Part shown: positions 9,648 to 23,245 of the stretch, piece by piece
Numbering within the stretch: the stretch's first letter is position 1
How the letters are laid out: every line of letters starts with the position of its first letter
DNA from: Polyangiaceae bacterium
Lineage (GTDB): Bacteria; Myxococcota_A; Polyangia; Polyangiales; Polyangiaceae
Length of the DNA: 64,000 bases
Direction: 5' to 3'
Assembly: GCA_035063585.1 (NCBI GenBank)
Contig: JAPSGB010000013.1
Span: forward strand, 32,001 to 96,000
Program-made: the position numbers and the translations under genes
Notes under the pieces: generated by a model
Databases searched by the model: none
Told to the model about the DNA's origin: nothing
The model's input: only the letters and a program-made list of their open reading frames with translations

Positions 9648-10319
9648 TCAGGCGATCGCGATGAAGCCGGCGAGCGACTGCGCCCGCCAGAAGAGCTCGA
9701 CCGTCTGAAACCCGGCGCGACCGAGCGCGGCGCCGAGCGCGCTCGCGCGGAGCGGGAAGTAGTTGGCGCCCTCGCCGCCAAGGAGCCCGGCGATCGCCTC
9801 CTCGGGGCGGCCGCGCTCGCGCTGGAAGTCCGCCCAGCGGCGGCGCTGGAGGGCTTGCCCCGAGTCCGTCTCGGCGCGCACGATCTCGACCGTGACGAGC
9901 GCGCCCCCGGGGCGAAGGAGCGCGCGGCAGCGCTCGAGCGCCGACGCGTGTGCGGCCTCGCTCGGATAGAAGTGATGGCAGAGCACCGCCGTGATCACGT
10001 CGAGCGGCTCGAGCTCGGGCAGCGCGTGTGACGGCGCGCGGATGAAGCGGTCATCGGGGAGCGCGGGGTGTCGCGCGCGGGCGAAGGCGAGCATCGGCTC
10101 GGCCGGATCGGCGAGGTAATAGGCCGCCTCGGGCGCCCGCTCGCGCGCGAGCTCGACGAGGCGCCCCGGACCGCAGCCGGTGTCGAGCCAGCGCCGGGGC
10201 GCGCCCGCCGCAGCGACGGCTGCGCTGACCGCCTCGCTCAGGACCGTCGCGTGATGAGGCGCGACCAGAGGGGCTTCGTGTTCGTAGCGGAGCGCGGGGT
10301 GCGCGGGAGGGTTCGTCAT
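9648..10319 (-). CDS. Class I SAM-dependent methyltransferase (CmoA-like)
   Basis: WLDTGCGPG motif I, DVITAVLCHH and LRPGG. Confidence 0.85.
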   Translation of the reverse strand: MTNPPAHPALRYEHEAPLVAPHHATVLSEAVSAAVAAAGAPRRWLDTGCGPGRLVELARERAPEAAYYLADPAEPMLAFARARHPALPDDRFIRAPSHALPELEPLDVITAVLCHHFYPSEAAHASALERCRALLRPGGALVTVEIVRAETDSGQALQRRRWADFQRERGRPEEAIAGLLGGEGANYFPLRASALGAALGRAGFQTVELFWRAQSLAGFIAIA

Positions 10320-10379
10320 GGCGCTTCCGCCGGAGGATAGCACCGAGACCTCACGGGAGGAGCGAGGCGAGGCGCGCGG

Positions 10380-10399
10380 TTCCGCGCCGGACCGACACC
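10380..10399 (-). repeat. Dispersed ~20-nt intergenic motif, best-matching copy (GGTGTCGGTCCGGCGCGGAA)
   Basis: Related copies at 4328, 13365, 19350, 19385, 38116, 45894, 45947, 58381, 61648 and 63546. Confidence 0.7.
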
Positions 10400-10410
10400 A
10401 ATGATCGAAG

Positions 10411-11220
10411 TCATTCGCTCGGGAGCTCGGTCGGCGCGACCGATGATTTCCCGAGACCTGGCGGCAGCGCGCGCGAGCGCGCGCTCACGTGCAGGCGCGC
10501 GCCCATGAGCGGGCGCATCGCGCGGAGGAGGTTCGCGTGGACGTGCGGGTGCGACTCGGCCTCGCGGGCGAGGAGCTCCTTCATGTGCGCGCGCTCGGTG
10601 GGCGCACGAAAGCAGGCTGGGCACGAGTCCATCACCACCGGGAGCCCGGCCTCGGCCGCGAACGCTCGCGTCTCGGCTTCGCGCACGTAGATGAACGGAC
10701 GAATGATCCGAAGGTCACCCGCCTTGTTCTGGTAGTGCGCGCGCATCGTGTCGAGCCGGCCGCTGTGGAAGGCGGACATGAGGAACGTCTCGGCGAGGTC
10801 GTCGAGGTGATGGCCGAGCGCGAGCACGCCGTAGCCCTCGCGGCGGCAGGTCGTGTACATGATGCCGCGCTTCATTCGCGAGCAATACGCGCAGAAGGAG
10901 TCGCCATCGAGGCGCGTCTTGGCATCTTCGAGGATGGGTTCGCGCGCGTAGTGCCACCGGACACCGAGCTCGTCGTAGTGAGCCTCGAGCCGCGACGGAT
11001 CGAAGCCGTCGACCTCGGGATCGATGGTGAGCGCGGCGAGCTCGAACTTCACCGGCGCGTAAGATTTCAGGTGGAGGAGCACGTGGAGCAGGCTGAGCGA
11101 ATCCTTCCCGCCCGAGACGCCGACCAGCACCCGATCGCCGTCGCGGAGCATGTCGTAGTCGACGATGGCACGCGCGGCGGCGCGCACGAGAACGCGGGGA
11201 GGCTTCGCGAGGCGCGACAT
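10411..11220 (-). CDS. ttcA: tRNA 2-thiocytidine(32) synthetase TtcA family
   Basis: PP-loop SGGKDS, CAYCSRMKRG, GHHLDD, IIRP and a second CxxC (CPAC). Confidence 0.9.
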   Translation of the reverse strand: MSRLAKPPRVLVRAAARAIVDYDMLRDGDRVLVGVSGGKDSLSLLHVLLHLKSYAPVKFELAALTIDPEVDGFDPSRLEAHYDELGVRWHYAREPILEDAKTRLDGDSFCAYCSRMKRGIMYTTCRREGYGVLALGHHLDDLAETFLMSAFHSGRLDTMRAHYQNKAGDLRIIRPFIYVREAETRAFAAEAGLPVVMDSCPACFRAPTERAHMKELLAREAESHPHVHANLLRAMRPLMGARLHVSARSRALPPGLGKSSVAPTELPSE

Positions 11221-11443
11221 GGCAAGGCTCTCTAGCGCGCGGGCGGCGGGCGGTCGACGGGCGGAAGGCGAGGGGGCGGATGCGCGGCGCGCCGCCACGG
11301 TGGCGGGGCATGATAGGGAGCTCATATGCGCCGCGTGGTCGTGTCGCTCGCGCTCGGCGTCATCGGTACGGATGACGGCGCACGGCGGCACGCGGCTCTA
11401 CCAGCCTCGACGACCGCGCGACGACCGCGTACCTTCGACCCCG

Positions 11444-12472
11444 ATGAGCGATGAGCCGAGAGACTCGGCGGCTCGTTCCGAGCCGCGCGCCGACGATGCC
11501 AGCGCCTCGCCGCTCGTGCTCCGCGGCGAGGCGCGCCTCGGAGCGCCGCGCGCACTCCGGCTCGCCGCGGTCGACCGCGCAGACGACGTACCGAGCCATG
11601 TCCGCGCGGCGAGCGCGCTGCGGCGCTGGGGCGACCAGCTCGTCATCGTCCAAGACGACGTGAGCGCGCTCGCGCTCGTAGACGAAGACACCGGAGAGGT
11701 CTCGTCGCTCTTGCTCCCACCGAGCACGGCCGGGCAGCGTAGCTTCAGCGACGCGCGCGGCAACAAGGATGAGAAGCTGGATCTCGAGGCCTGCGCGGTG
11801 CTGCCGGACGGACGCCTGCTCGTGTTCGGATCCGGGTCGACGGCAGCGCGCGAGCGAGTAGTGCTGGTTGACTCGAAGCGCCGCGTCCGGGTGGTCGACG
11901 CCGCGCCGCTCTACCGCGCGCTCCGCACGCACCCAGCCCTGGGCGACGCCGAGCTGAACCTCGAGGGCGCCGTCGTCTGCGGCGCCCGGCTCCGGCTATT
12001 TCAACGTGGAAATGGTCTCCGGCTGACCGGTGCTCTGCCGACGAGCGTCATCTTCGACGTGGAGCTCGAGGCGCTCCTACGGCTCCTCGACGCCGCGAGC
12101 GCGACGATGCCGGAGATCGTGGCGGCGCACCCGGTCGAGCTCGGCAGCGCGAACGGCGTCCGCTTCGGCTTCACCGACGCGACCCTGCTGCCGGACGGCC
12201 GCGTGCTCTTCCTGGCCGCCGCCGAGGACTCGCCCGACGCCTACCGCGACGGCCCGGTGAGCGGGGCGCGGGTGGGGCTCCTCGACGGCGAGCGCGTGGT
12301 CGTCGCCGATGTGCTCGAGGAGGACGGCACCCGAACCGCGCGGAAGCTCGAGGGCGTCGAGGTCGCCGGCGCGCAGGGCGGCGAGGCGCTCGAGCTCTGG
12401 GTCGTGAGCGATCCCGACGACGCGGAGATCCCCGCCGCGCTCCTACCGCTCAGCTGGTCGCCCGCGCCGTGA
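11444..12472 (+). CDS. Hypothetical beta-propeller-like protein (DUF6910/DUF6929-like)
   Basis: KLDLEA..GSGS..LNLEG..FQRGNG..FTDAT..KLEG motifs. Family name is from recall. Confidence 0.6.
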   Translation: MSDEPRDSAARSEPRADDASASPLVLRGEARLGAPRALRLAAVDRADDVPSHVRAASALRRWGDQLVIVQDDVSALALVDEDTGEVSSLLLPPSTAGQRSFSDARGNKDEKLDLEACAVLPDGRLLVFGSGSTAARERVVLVDSKRRVRVVDAAPLYRALRTHPALGDAELNLEGAVVCGARLRLFQRGNGLRLTGALPTSVIFDVELEALLRLLDAASATMPEIVAAHPVELGSANGVRFGFTDATLLPDGRVLFLAAAEDSPDAYRDGPVSGARVGLLDGERVVVADVLEEDGTRTARKLEGVEVAGAQGGEALELWVVSDPDDAEIPAALLPLSWSPAP

Positions 12473-12551
12473 GCCAGGCCGGCGCGTGGCCCTCGAGGTC
12501 CTGCGGGTCGCCCCGGTCGCCGCCCACTCGCGCGCGCGGGGCAGTCACGCC

Positions 12552-13313
12552 TCAATACCCGAACTCTCGCGCGAGCCAGGCTCCCGCGGCGAGCACCGCG
12601 CCGAACACGAGGATCACTCGCGCGCCTCTGAACGTCTCCCCGAGCGTGAGCGCGAGCTCCGCCCCCGGGAGGTTCGACACGATGAGCTCCTCCGCGCTCC
12701 CCTCGCCCGGTCGCAGGACCACCAAGCGCTCCGGGCCGTCCGGCGGTAACGCTCGACCGCACGCGTAGACCTCGTCGCCCGGCGCGACGATGGCCTCGCT
12801 CAGTCGATAGGATCGCTGTTTTCCATTTGGAAGCGTCACGGTGAGCCCGCGCGCCTCGAGGTAGGCGGCGCCCGTCTCGTCGAGCGTGGTCGTGAAGATT
12901 CCAGCCTTGCGCTCGCAGAGCCCGGTCTTCTCCTTGGCGACGACGTTCGCATCGGCCAGCAGCAACAAGGCGCGCGCTCCGGAGCCATCGTCGAGGAGGA
13001 GTGATTCACCGCGCGCCTCGCTGAGCGCTTCGCGATAGTGCCCAGATTTCCCCGAGGAGACCCACTCGGAGGCCATCACCCGGTAGTAGAGCGCGGGTCG
13101 GCCGGTGAGCGGCGCCGTGAGGGGCTCGTTGAACGACGACGCCCGCCCGCGCACGGCGATGGCCGCGGGCGTCGTCACGCTCGCGAGCCGGCTCACCGGC
13201 ACGGACTCCACCCGCTTCGCGCGCCGCCGGCCGCGGACACCTCGAGCGAGCACGGCGAGGGCGTAGAGCATCGTGATGCACCCGAAGACGAACAGCGGAC
13301 CCGAGAGCAACAT
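12552..13313 (-). CDS. GIDE-domain-like membrane protein (N- and C-terminal TM helices)
   Basis: TM-..LTAPLTGRPALYY..LLDDGSG..E.IVAPGDEVYACG..-TM architecture. Confidence 0.65.
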   Translation of the reverse strand: MLLSGPLFVFGCITMLYALAVLARGVRGRRRAKRVESVPVSRLASVTTPAAIAVRGRASSFNEPLTAPLTGRPALYYRVMASEWVSSGKSGHYREALSEARGESLLLDDGSGARALLLLADANVVAKEKTGLCERKAGIFTTTLDETGAAYLEARGLTVTLPNGKQRSYRLSEAIVAPGDEVYACGRALPPDGPERLVVLRPGEGSAEELIVSNLPGAELALTLGETFRGARVILVFGAVLAAGAWLAREFGY

Positions 13314-13414
13314 GCGAGCGCCATTCTAACCTCTGGAGCGCAGCTGCGCCGAGTCGAGCCCCGGGGTGCCGGTGCGGCGCGAGGGCCCGCGGGGTGGTAG
13401 CGTCCGGCGTCGAG

Positions 13415-14746
13415 ATGCTGCGCGAGTACAACTTCGACGGCCTGGTCGGGCCGACGCACAACTACGCAGGGCTCAGCCCAGGGAACCTGGCGAGCGCAAA
13501 CCACGCGGGCGAGCAGGCCAATCCGCGCGCGGCGGCGCTCCAGGGGCTCGCCAAGTTGCGGTTCGTCGCGGCGCTCGGCGTGCCGCAGGCGGTGCTCCCG
13601 CCGCAGCCGCGCCCGGACGTCGGCGCGCTCCGCCGGCTCGGTTTTTCGGGAGATGATGCCGCGGTGCTCACGCGCGCGGCGGAGGGCGATGGGCAGCTCC
13701 TTCGGCTCGCGAGCAGCGCGTCGGCGATGTGGACGGCGAACGCGGCGACCGTCGCGCCCTCGGCCGACACGCTCGACGGGCGCACTCATCTCTTGCCGGC
13801 GAACTTGGTCACCATGTTCCATCGGAGCCTCGAGCCGCCCACCACCACGCGCGTGCTCCGCGCGATCTTCGACGATGCGAGTCGCTTCGAGGTACACGAG
13901 CCGCTCCCGGCGACCGAGCACTTCGCCGACGAGGGCGCGGCAAACCACACGCGGCTCGCGACGGGCGCCGGCGCCGCGCACCTCTTCGCCTGGGGGCGGC
14001 GCGCGTGGGGCGAGGCACCGCGCCCGGCGCGCTTCCCGGCACGACAGACGCTCGAGGCGAGCCGCGCGGCGGCGCGCGCGCTGCGCCTGCCGAGCGAGCT
14101 CGCGCTCACTTGGCAGCAGACGCCCGCGGGCATCGACGGCGGCGCTTTCCACACGGACGTCCTCGCGGTCGGTACGGAGGGCTTTCTCATGCTGCACGAG
14201 CGCGCGTTCGTCGAGCACGAACGGCTGCTCGCGGAGCTCGGCGCGCGGCTCGGCGACGAGTTTCGCTTCGTGGTCGCCAGCGAGGCGGAGCTCTCGGTCG
14301 CCGACGCGGTCGCCGCGTACCCGTTCAACTCGCAGCTGGTCCGGCTCCCGACCGGGCGGCTCGCCATCGTCGCGCCGCGCGAGAGCGAAGCGTGCCCTGC
14401 GGCGCGACGCTTCCTCGAGCGCGTGGTGAGCGAAGCAAACCCGGTCGACGCGGTGCATTACATCGACGTGAACGCCTCGATGAAGAACGGCGGCGGGCCG
14501 GCCTGCCTGCGGCTCCGCGTCGCGCTCGGCGACGACGACGCGCACGCGCTCGGAGCGCGCGTCCTCTTCGACGACGCGCTCGGCGGCGAGCTCGAGGCGT
14601 GGGTCGGCCGGCGCTATCGCGACCGGCTCACGGCGGACGATCTCCGCGATCCGGCCCTCCTCGACGAGACGCGCGGCGCGCTCGACGAGCTCACCCAGAT
14701 CCTTCGGCTCGGCTCCGTCTATGAGTTTCAGCGCGCCGCTCAATAG
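13415..14746 (+). CDS. astB: N-succinylarginine dihydrolase
   Basis: EYNFDGLVGPTHNYAGLSPGN, SAMWTANAATV, DEGAANH and SMKNGGGPACLRLRV motifs. Confidence 0.95.
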   Translation: MLREYNFDGLVGPTHNYAGLSPGNLASANHAGEQANPRAAALQGLAKLRFVAALGVPQAVLPPQPRPDVGALRRLGFSGDDAAVLTRAAEGDGQLLRLASSASAMWTANAATVAPSADTLDGRTHLLPANLVTMFHRSLEPPTTTRVLRAIFDDASRFEVHEPLPATEHFADEGAANHTRLATGAGAAHLFAWGRRAWGEAPRPARFPARQTLEASRAAARALRLPSELALTWQQTPAGIDGGAFHTDVLAVGTEGFLMLHERAFVEHERLLAELGARLGDEFRFVVASEAELSVADAVAAYPFNSQLVRLPTGRLAIVAPRESEACPAARRFLERVVSEANPVDAVHYIDVNASMKNGGGPACLRLRVALGDDDAHALGARVLFDDALGGELEAWVGRRYRDRLTADDLRDPALLDETRGALDELTQILRLGSVYEFQRAAQ

Positions 14747-16011
14747 ATGAAGCGGCGGATGTCGTAGAGCGCGATGGGGCATTTCACCCCGCGAGCGCGG
14801 AGCTCGGCACGCACCCGAGCAGCCTGCTCGGCGAGCTCGTTCGGGGTGAGCGCATCGAGCCCGTCTTCCGCCATGCGGGCCTCGTAGCGCGAGCCCTCGT
14901 GCACGTGCAGCGGCGACAAGTACACGCGATCCCGCGGGCCGAGCCGCATCCGCTCGATGGCGCGCACGGTCGCCTCCGTGTGCTCGCCGGCGAGCCGGCG
15001 CCCCCCCGCGCCGATAAGCACGATGATCCCGCGCCGGAGCTCGGCCTCCCCGACCGCGTGAATGAGCTCGACGGCGGCGTCGACCTCGACCGGCTTACCG
15101 AGCCCGGTGAGCACCGCCGCGCTCCCGCTCTCGAGGCCGAGCGAGACGCCCTCGAGGCCGAGCGCGACGAGCTCGCGGAGCTCTGCCACCGTCTTCGGCT
15201 TGGTGAAGGAATCGATGAAGGCCCCGATCGGCCACTCTCGGGAGCTCCCGAACTCCGCGCGCACGATGCCGAGCGCCTCGAGGAGCTTCCGCTGCTCGAC
15301 GACCAGCGCGTTGGCTTGCCCGAGGAACACCCCGCGGCGAAGCTGGAGCGTGCTCCCGAAGAGCTCGCGCACCTCGCGCACGTGCCGCGCGAGCTCCTCG
15401 GGCGATCGCAGGCGAAAGCGGACGTCCTTGTACAGGTGACAGAAGGCGCACCTATTGTACGAGCAGCCCTCGGTGAACTGCACGACCACGGCGCGATTCT
15501 GATCGGGCGGCAAGATCGGGATCGGCCGATAGACGCGCTCGAAGCGGGCGCGCTCGCGAGCGTAGCGCTCGAGATCCCAGGCGGCCGCGCGTGCGAGCGG
15601 CTCGGCGATCGCGTCGGGGACGCCAAGCGCGCTCGCCGCGGCCTCGGCGGCGCGACGCACGAGCGCCGTGACGCGAGTGAGCACCGGCCGGATCTCGCCG
15701 GCGGCGAGGAGCTCGATCTCGAGCCACTTGGCGCGCTCGGTGTCGCGCCCGATCCGCACTTTTCGCACGCGGCCATCGAGACCGCGCTGATACGAGTCGC
15801 CGTCGAGCCACGCGCGGTGCAGACGGCCCTCGAGGTCGAGGCTCACGCGATCGCCGCCGGCGAACACCGCGAGCGACTCGGCGCGCCGGCCGAGCGCGAG
15901 CCCCGCGCCCAGCTCGAGCACGGTGTGGTAGGCGCGGCCGATCTCGTCGTCGGAGGCACTCTCGAGCGCCGCCGTCGGGGGCGCGCCGCGCGGCGCGGAG
16001 CGAGTCGTCAC
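14740..16011 (-). CDS. Radical SAM protein of unknown function
   Basis: CSYNRCAFC (CX3CX2C), PILPPDQ and GLESG. GAGGAG SD before GTG 16011. Confidence 0.88.
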   Translation of the reverse strand: MTTRSAPRGAPPTAALESASDDEIGRAYHTVLELGAGLALGRRAESLAVFAGGDRVSLDLEGRLHRAWLDGDSYQRGLDGRVRKVRIGRDTERAKWLEIELLAAGEIRPVLTRVTALVRRAAEAAASALGVPDAIAEPLARAAAWDLERYARERARFERVYRPIPILPPDQNRAVVVQFTEGCSYNRCAFCHLYKDVRFRLRSPEELARHVREVRELFGSTLQLRRGVFLGQANALVVEQRKLLEALGIVRAEFGSSREWPIGAFIDSFTKPKTVAELRELVALGLEGVSLGLESGSAAVLTGLGKPVEVDAAVELIHAVGEAELRRGIIVLIGAGGRRLAGEHTEATVRAIERMRLGPRDRVYLSPLHVHEGSRYEARMAEDGLDALTPNELAEQAARVRAELRARGVKCPIALYDIRRFIY

Positions 16012-16024
16012 GTCTCCTCGAGCC

Positions 16025-17941
16025 TTACACCTCGAGCGCGCCGCTGCACAGCCCGAGGAACACGGCGCGCGCCGCGAGCTCGGCGTCCGCCGCGCTGGCT
16101 CCGGGCTCGCCGTCCGCGAGCTCGTCGAGCGAGCGCCCGTCCGCGCGAGCGAGCGCCGCGGCGAGCTCCGCGGTCGGCTGGAGCGACTCCACGATGTGAG
16201 CGGCGCCCGCAGAGCGCCGGAGCCGCGCCCACCGCCACGGCGCGAGGAGCTCGGCGCGCCGCTCGGGGGAGTGCGCTTCGAGCACGATCTGCCGGAGGAG
16301 GGGCAGCGCACCGTAGGCCGCCGTGGCGGGCGCTTCACGCGAGCTCACGCCGTCGATGAACGCGAGCTCTCCGGAGCGCCACTGACACAGGTGGGCGAGC
16401 CGGGTCCGGCGCTGTGCGGCGAGCGCCGCGAGGAGCGCGCTCGGGCGGAGCGCGCCGTCGGCGACCAGCGCCTCACCGAGGCGACGCCCGCCGCGCCCGG
16501 TTCGCTCGATCGCGCGCTCCATCACGCCGCGCTCGACGAGCCCGCTCGTCACGAGCGAGATACCGAGGAGCTCCGTCGGCTCCGACGAGACGGTGTACTC
16601 GAGCCCGCCGTCCACGAAGTAGAGCCGCTTCCGGTCGTGCCCGTTCGAGGCGAGGAGCACGCCCGTGCGGCGCCGGCGCGCGAGCGCGAAGAGCACCCAC
16701 GGCAGGTTCAAGCCCTCGACGCGCCAGCGCTCGCTCGCCGCGCCGGTGACCTCGTCGAGCGCGCGATACGCGGGACTCGCGGTGAAGCGCGCGAGCTCAC
16801 CGAGCTCCGCGAGCGCGACGAAGGGGCCGTCGTCCTTGGCTACCTCGGCGTCGAGTGGCACGCGGCCGGTGGCGAAGCGGCCGAGCAGCTCGGCGAGCCG
16901 ATACGGTCCGTCCATCCTGCCGCCCGGGCGCCGCAGCCGAAAAGCCGGCCCCACCGCCGCGAGCGCGCGCGCGGGCGGTGCGACGGAGATACCGCTCTCG
17001 ACCTTGGCGATCCCGAGGTCGCGCAGCCACTCCGCGAGCGCGACTGCGCCCACGCCCGCCGGGTGGCGCTCGATGCAACGACCGAGCGCGACTCCGAACT
17101 CCCACGCGCTCTCGAAGCGGTCGGCCGGGCGACGCGCGAGCGCCTGGGCGAGCACGGCGTGCACGTCGGGCGGGATGTGCGCGCCGTGGGTGCGGAGCAC
17201 GCCGAGATCGGCGGCGTGGAGCCGCTCGAGCACCTCGAGCTCGCTTCGGCCGGAGAAGAGCGCTCTGCCGAGGAGCAGCTCCGCCAAGGTCACGCCGAGC
17301 GAGAAGAGGTCGCTGCGCGGATCGACCGGGGCGCCGACCGCCTGCTCGGGTGAGACGTAGCCGAGCTTCCCCTTGAGCTCTCCCGGCTCGGTCCGCGCAG
17401 CGAGCGCGTCGCCGCGGATGATGCCGAAATCCCCGAGCTTCACCTCACCCGCCTTGCCGATGAGCACGTTGCCGGGCGTGACGTCGCGGTGCACTAGCCC
17501 GAGCGGTCGCCCCGCGTCGTCGCGCGCGTGGTGAACGTGGTCGAGCGCGCGGAGCACCTGCTGCCCGACCGTTAGCACGACGCCGAGCTCGACCGTGCGG
17601 CGACGGCGCGCGACGGCCGACAGGAGCTCGGCGAGGGTCGGCCCCTCGACGAGCTCCATGACGAGGAAGGGCTCGCCCTCGTGCTCGCCGAAATCCAGGA
17701 CCTGGACCAGGTTCGGGTGATAGAGCCCCGCGTGGACGCGCGCCTCGTCGCAGAACATCGCGACCGCGCGAGGCTCGGCGAGAAGCTGCGGCAGCATGCG
17801 CTTCAGCGCGACGCGGCGGGCAAAACCGTGCGGGCCGCCGCGCCGCGCCTCGTAGACCTCGGCCATCCCGCCGGTGGCGAGCAGGCGTAGGAGCTCGTAG
17901 GGTCCGAGCTGCGCCCGCGGCGTGGTGCGCTCGAAAAACAT
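16025..17941 (-). CDS. Ser/Thr protein kinase with C-terminal DUF4388-like domain
   Basis: LATGGMAEVY, ALKR, HRDVTPGN, DFG and SPE. C-terminal RRTGVL..KRLYFVDG..LGEALV. Confidence 0.9.
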   Translation of the reverse strand: MFFERTTPRAQLGPYELLRLLATGGMAEVYEARRGGPHGFARRVALKRMLPQLLAEPRAVAMFCDEARVHAGLYHPNLVQVLDFGEHEGEPFLVMELVEGPTLAELLSAVARRRRTVELGVVLTVGQQVLRALDHVHHARDDAGRPLGLVHRDVTPGNVLIGKAGEVKLGDFGIIRGDALAARTEPGELKGKLGYVSPEQAVGAPVDPRSDLFSLGVTLAELLLGRALFSGRSELEVLERLHAADLGVLRTHGAHIPPDVHAVLAQALARRPADRFESAWEFGVALGRCIERHPAGVGAVALAEWLRDLGIAKVESGISVAPPARALAAVGPAFRLRRPGGRMDGPYRLAELLGRFATGRVPLDAEVAKDDGPFVALAELGELARFTASPAYRALDEVTGAASERWRVEGLNLPWVLFALARRRRTGVLLASNGHDRKRLYFVDGGLEYTVSSEPTELLGISLVTSGLVERGVMERAIERTGRGGRRLGEALVADGALRPSALLAALAAQRRTRLAHLCQWRSGELAFIDGVSSREAPATAAYGALPLLRQIVLEAHSPERRAELLAPWRWARLRRSAGAAHIVESLQPTAELAAALARADGRSLDELADGEPGASAADAELAARAVFLGLCSGALEV

Positions 17942-18040
17942 ATCGCCTTCGAGATTCTACCTCGAAACCCGCCGCGCACGGAAGCCCGAGCGGCGCGCCG
18001 CGAGCGCGCGGGGACGGGCCACGTAGTCCGAAGTGCGAGG

Positions 18041-19309
18041 TCAGGTTACATGCAGCCCGGGCGGCGGGAATCCGGCGCAGAGCTCCTTCACCTCGCCGGC
18101 CACGCGCGCCTTCAGCGCGGCGTCGCCCGGCGCGCTCACCACTCGATCCATCCACTCGGCGAGCTGCTTCATCTCGCTCGGGCCCATCCCCCGCGAGGTG
18201 ATGGCGGGCGTCCCGATGCGGAGCCCCGACGGGTCGAAGGGCTTCCGCGGGTCGAAGGGGACCGAATTATAGTTTCCGACGATCCCCGCCTCGTCGAGCG
18301 CCTTCGCCGCGACCTTGCCGGGCACCGCCTTCGGCGTGAGATCCATCAGGATGAGGTGGTTGTCGGTGCCGCCCGTGACGAGGTCGAAGCCCTTGGAGAG
18401 GAGCGCCTCGGCGAGCACTCGGGCGTTCTCGACCACGCGCTTCGCGTAGGACGCGAACTCCGGCGTGCTCGCCTCGCGCGCGGCCACCGCGATGCCCGCC
18501 GTCGTGTGGTTGTGCGGGCCACCTTGGAGCCCCGGGAACACCGCGCGATCGATCGCCTTCGCGTGCTCCTCCTTGCAGAGGATGATGCCGCCGCGCGGCC
18601 CTCGCAGCGTCTTGTGTGTGGTGCTGGTCACCACGTCCGCGATGCCCACGGGCGACGGGTGCGCGCCGCCCGCCACCAGCCCCGCGATGTGCGCGATGTC
18701 CGCGCAGAGCTTCGCGCCGACCTCGTCGGCGATCTCGCGAAACTTCTCGAACTCGAGCACGCGCGGGTACGCGGTCGTGCCGCACCAGATGAGCTTGGGC
18801 TTGTGTTCGCGAGCGAGCGCGCGGACCTCGGCGAAATCGATCCGATGATCGCTCCTACTTACCCCGTAGGCGTGGCTCGAGAAATACTTGCCGGTGATGC
18901 TCACGTTCCAGCCGTGCGTGAGATGCCCGCCCGAAGGGAGACCGAGCCCCATGATGGAGTCGTGCGGCTCGCAGAAGGCGAGGTAGACGGCCAGGTTCGC
19001 CGGGCTGCCGCTGTACGGCTGCACGTTGACGTGCTCGGCCCCGAAGAGCGCCTTCAACCGGCTCACCGCGAGCTCCTCGATGCGGTCGATGACCTGCTGC
19101 CCCTCGTAGTATCTCTTGCCGGCGTAGCCCTCGCTGTACTTGTTGGTGAGCACGGAGCCGGTCGCCTCGAGCACCGCGCGCGACACGTAGTTCTCGCTCG
19201 GGATGAGCCGCAGCTTGTCGCGCTCCCGCGCCTCCTCCTCGCGGACGAGCCGGGAGATCTCGGGGTCGGATTCGGACAGCGACGGATCGTGAGAGCCTTG
19301 GGTCGTCAT
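18041..19309 (-). CDS. glyA: Serine hydroxymethyltransferase
   Basis: LIPSEN, NKYSEGY.GKRYY, GGHLTHG and TSTTHKTLRGPRGG motifs. Confidence 0.97.
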   Translation of the reverse strand: MTTQGSHDPSLSESDPEISRLVREEEARERDKLRLIPSENYVSRAVLEATGSVLTNKYSEGYAGKRYYEGQQVIDRIEELAVSRLKALFGAEHVNVQPYSGSPANLAVYLAFCEPHDSIMGLGLPSGGHLTHGWNVSITGKYFSSHAYGVSRSDHRIDFAEVRALAREHKPKLIWCGTTAYPRVLEFEKFREIADEVGAKLCADIAHIAGLVAGGAHPSPVGIADVVTSTTHKTLRGPRGGIILCKEEHAKAIDRAVFPGLQGGPHNHTTAGIAVAAREASTPEFASYAKRVVENARVLAEALLSKGFDLVTGGTDNHLILMDLTPKAVPGKVAAKALDEAGIVGNYNSVPFDPRKPFDPSGLRIGTPAITSRGMGPSEMKQLAEWMDRVVSAPGDAALKARVAGEVKELCAGFPPPGLHVT

Positions 19310-19347
19310 GGCGGGCCGAGCCTATCGCTCGAACCAACCGATGGCGA

Positions 19348-19405
19348 GGGATGTCGGTCCGGCGCGAAATCACGCGGCGGGTGGTCCCGCGCCGGACCGG
19401 CACCC
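19348..19405. repeat. Inverted pair of the dispersed motif forming a ~19-bp imperfect stem
   Basis: gggatgtcggtccggcgcg ... cgcgccggaccggcacccc, between divergent glyA and the kinase. Confidence 0.75.
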
Positions 19406-19480
19406 CCACGCCCGCCTGAACGAATCATGACCATCGTCACCCTTGCCGGCCTCTACCGCACGGCTAGACTCGCGCCGACG

Positions 19481-23182
<3,702 letters not shown>

Positions 23183-23245
23183 TGCTGCACTCGCCGCGTG
23201 CGCTCGAGCGCGCGATGGTCTAACCCTCGAGAGAGGAGGTTTCCG

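Noticed and set aside
19310..19480. ZTP (pfl) or glycine riboswitch upstream of glyA
   Set aside because: No matching consensus on the glyA strand. A -10-like box lies 9 nt from the ATG, and the stem is explained by the dispersed motif pair.
18050..19480. N-terminal ~477 aa of the 1710-aa ORF 18050-23182
   Set aside because: Antisense to glyA. The real kinase most plausibly starts at 19481.
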